DNA of 64,000 bases from an uncultured Bacteroidaceae bacterium (GTDB lineage Bacteria; Bacteroidota; Bacteroidia; Bacteroidales; Bacteroidaceae). Under the pieces are notes generated by a model. That model ran no database searches, had not been told where the DNA came from, and saw nothing but the letters and a program-made list of their open reading frames with translations. Within the stretch, counting starts at the first letter, position 1. Every line of letters starts with the position of its first letter. Location: contig CAZEKX010000001.1 of assembly GCA_964512955.1 (NCBI GenBank), positions 7,659 to 71,658 of the forward strand, read 5' to 3'. Made by a program: the position numbers and the translations under genes. Positions 63,878 through 64,000 of the stretch are shown one piece after another.

Positions 63878-64000
63878 ATGAAAAATTATTTCGGAAGTGA
63901 AAATTTAACTCTGATAGATGCTTTGTACGAGCAAAAAAAGATAGAACGGAACAACTGGGTTGCTCTGTTGACAATGCTTACTCCCGAAGAGAAAGATTAT
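63878..64000 (+). CDS. 5' fragment of a CDS running off the window; possibly the [FeFe]-hydrogenase maturase HydE (radical SAM)
   Basis: Open frame MKNYFGSENLTLIDALYEQKKIERNNWVALLTMLTPEEKDY reaches the window edge. It is divergent from the hydrogenase gene, and the N-terminal pattern resembles HydE/BioB-like leaders. Only 41 codons are visible. Confidence 0.35.
   Translation, partial: MKNYFGSENLTLIDALYEQKKIERNNWVALLTMLTPEEKDY

Noticed and set aside
1-64000. Search for integrases, transposases, restriction-modification, toxin-antitoxin or known defence-system genes, and for rRNA, tmRNA or RNase P genes.
   Set aside because: No ORF showed tyrosine/serine recombinase, DDE transposase, methyltransferase or nuclease defence signatures that I could recognise. 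The only such accessory-type gene is the RhuM/Fic ORF. No structured GC-rich non-coding region other than tRNA-His was seen.

Overview
This 64-kb window looks like a Bacteroidota (Bacteroidales-type) chromosome. Supporting signs are a T9SS C-terminal sorting domain on a secreted glycosidase, a DUF1573 protein, TAnnTTTG-like promoter elements, almost no Shine-Dalgarno sequences, and type III glutamine synthetase. All homology calls come from motif recognition in the supplied translations; no database search was possible.

Most of the window is tightly packed housekeeping:
- lplA-gcvT-gcvH-gcvPA-gcvPB (glycine cleavage), purN, and an ftsE-like gene followed by lysC and lysA.
- An S41 protease, dCMP deaminase, dcp, nagA, glnA (type III), murB and hsp20.
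- An aldehyde dehydrogenase, two SDRs, an MscS channel, an ECF sigma/anti-sigma trio, rnz and tnaA.
- A RelA/SpoT homolog, metY, pgeF, an [FeFe]-hydrogenase and one tRNA-His.

The main item is an 11.7-kb phage-derived island (43149-54877) between tnaA and a DUF1573 gene.
- It has two divergent, tightly packed operons.
- They encode a large terminase, an acidic scaffold-like protein, an HK97/SU10-like major capsid protein, a holin-like protein, a u-spanin-like lipoprotein, a 964-aa protein of unknown function and a triplicated small-protein family.
- I found no integrase, repressor, replication, tail-tube, sheath or tape-measure genes, no endolysin, and no att repeats.
- I read it as a candidate GTA-like, capsid-forming-satellite-like or domesticated head module.

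Two single-gene cassettes are bracketed by direct repeats:
- An orphan tandem knob-domain, fibre-like gene at 13.3-14.1 kb, bracketed by a 21-bp repeat.
- A RhuM/Fic gene at 31.0-32.1 kb that carries a duplicated copy of the promoter and first 20 codons of the neighbouring alaX-like gene, next to tRNA-His.

No CRISPR arrays, rRNA genes or transposases were seen.
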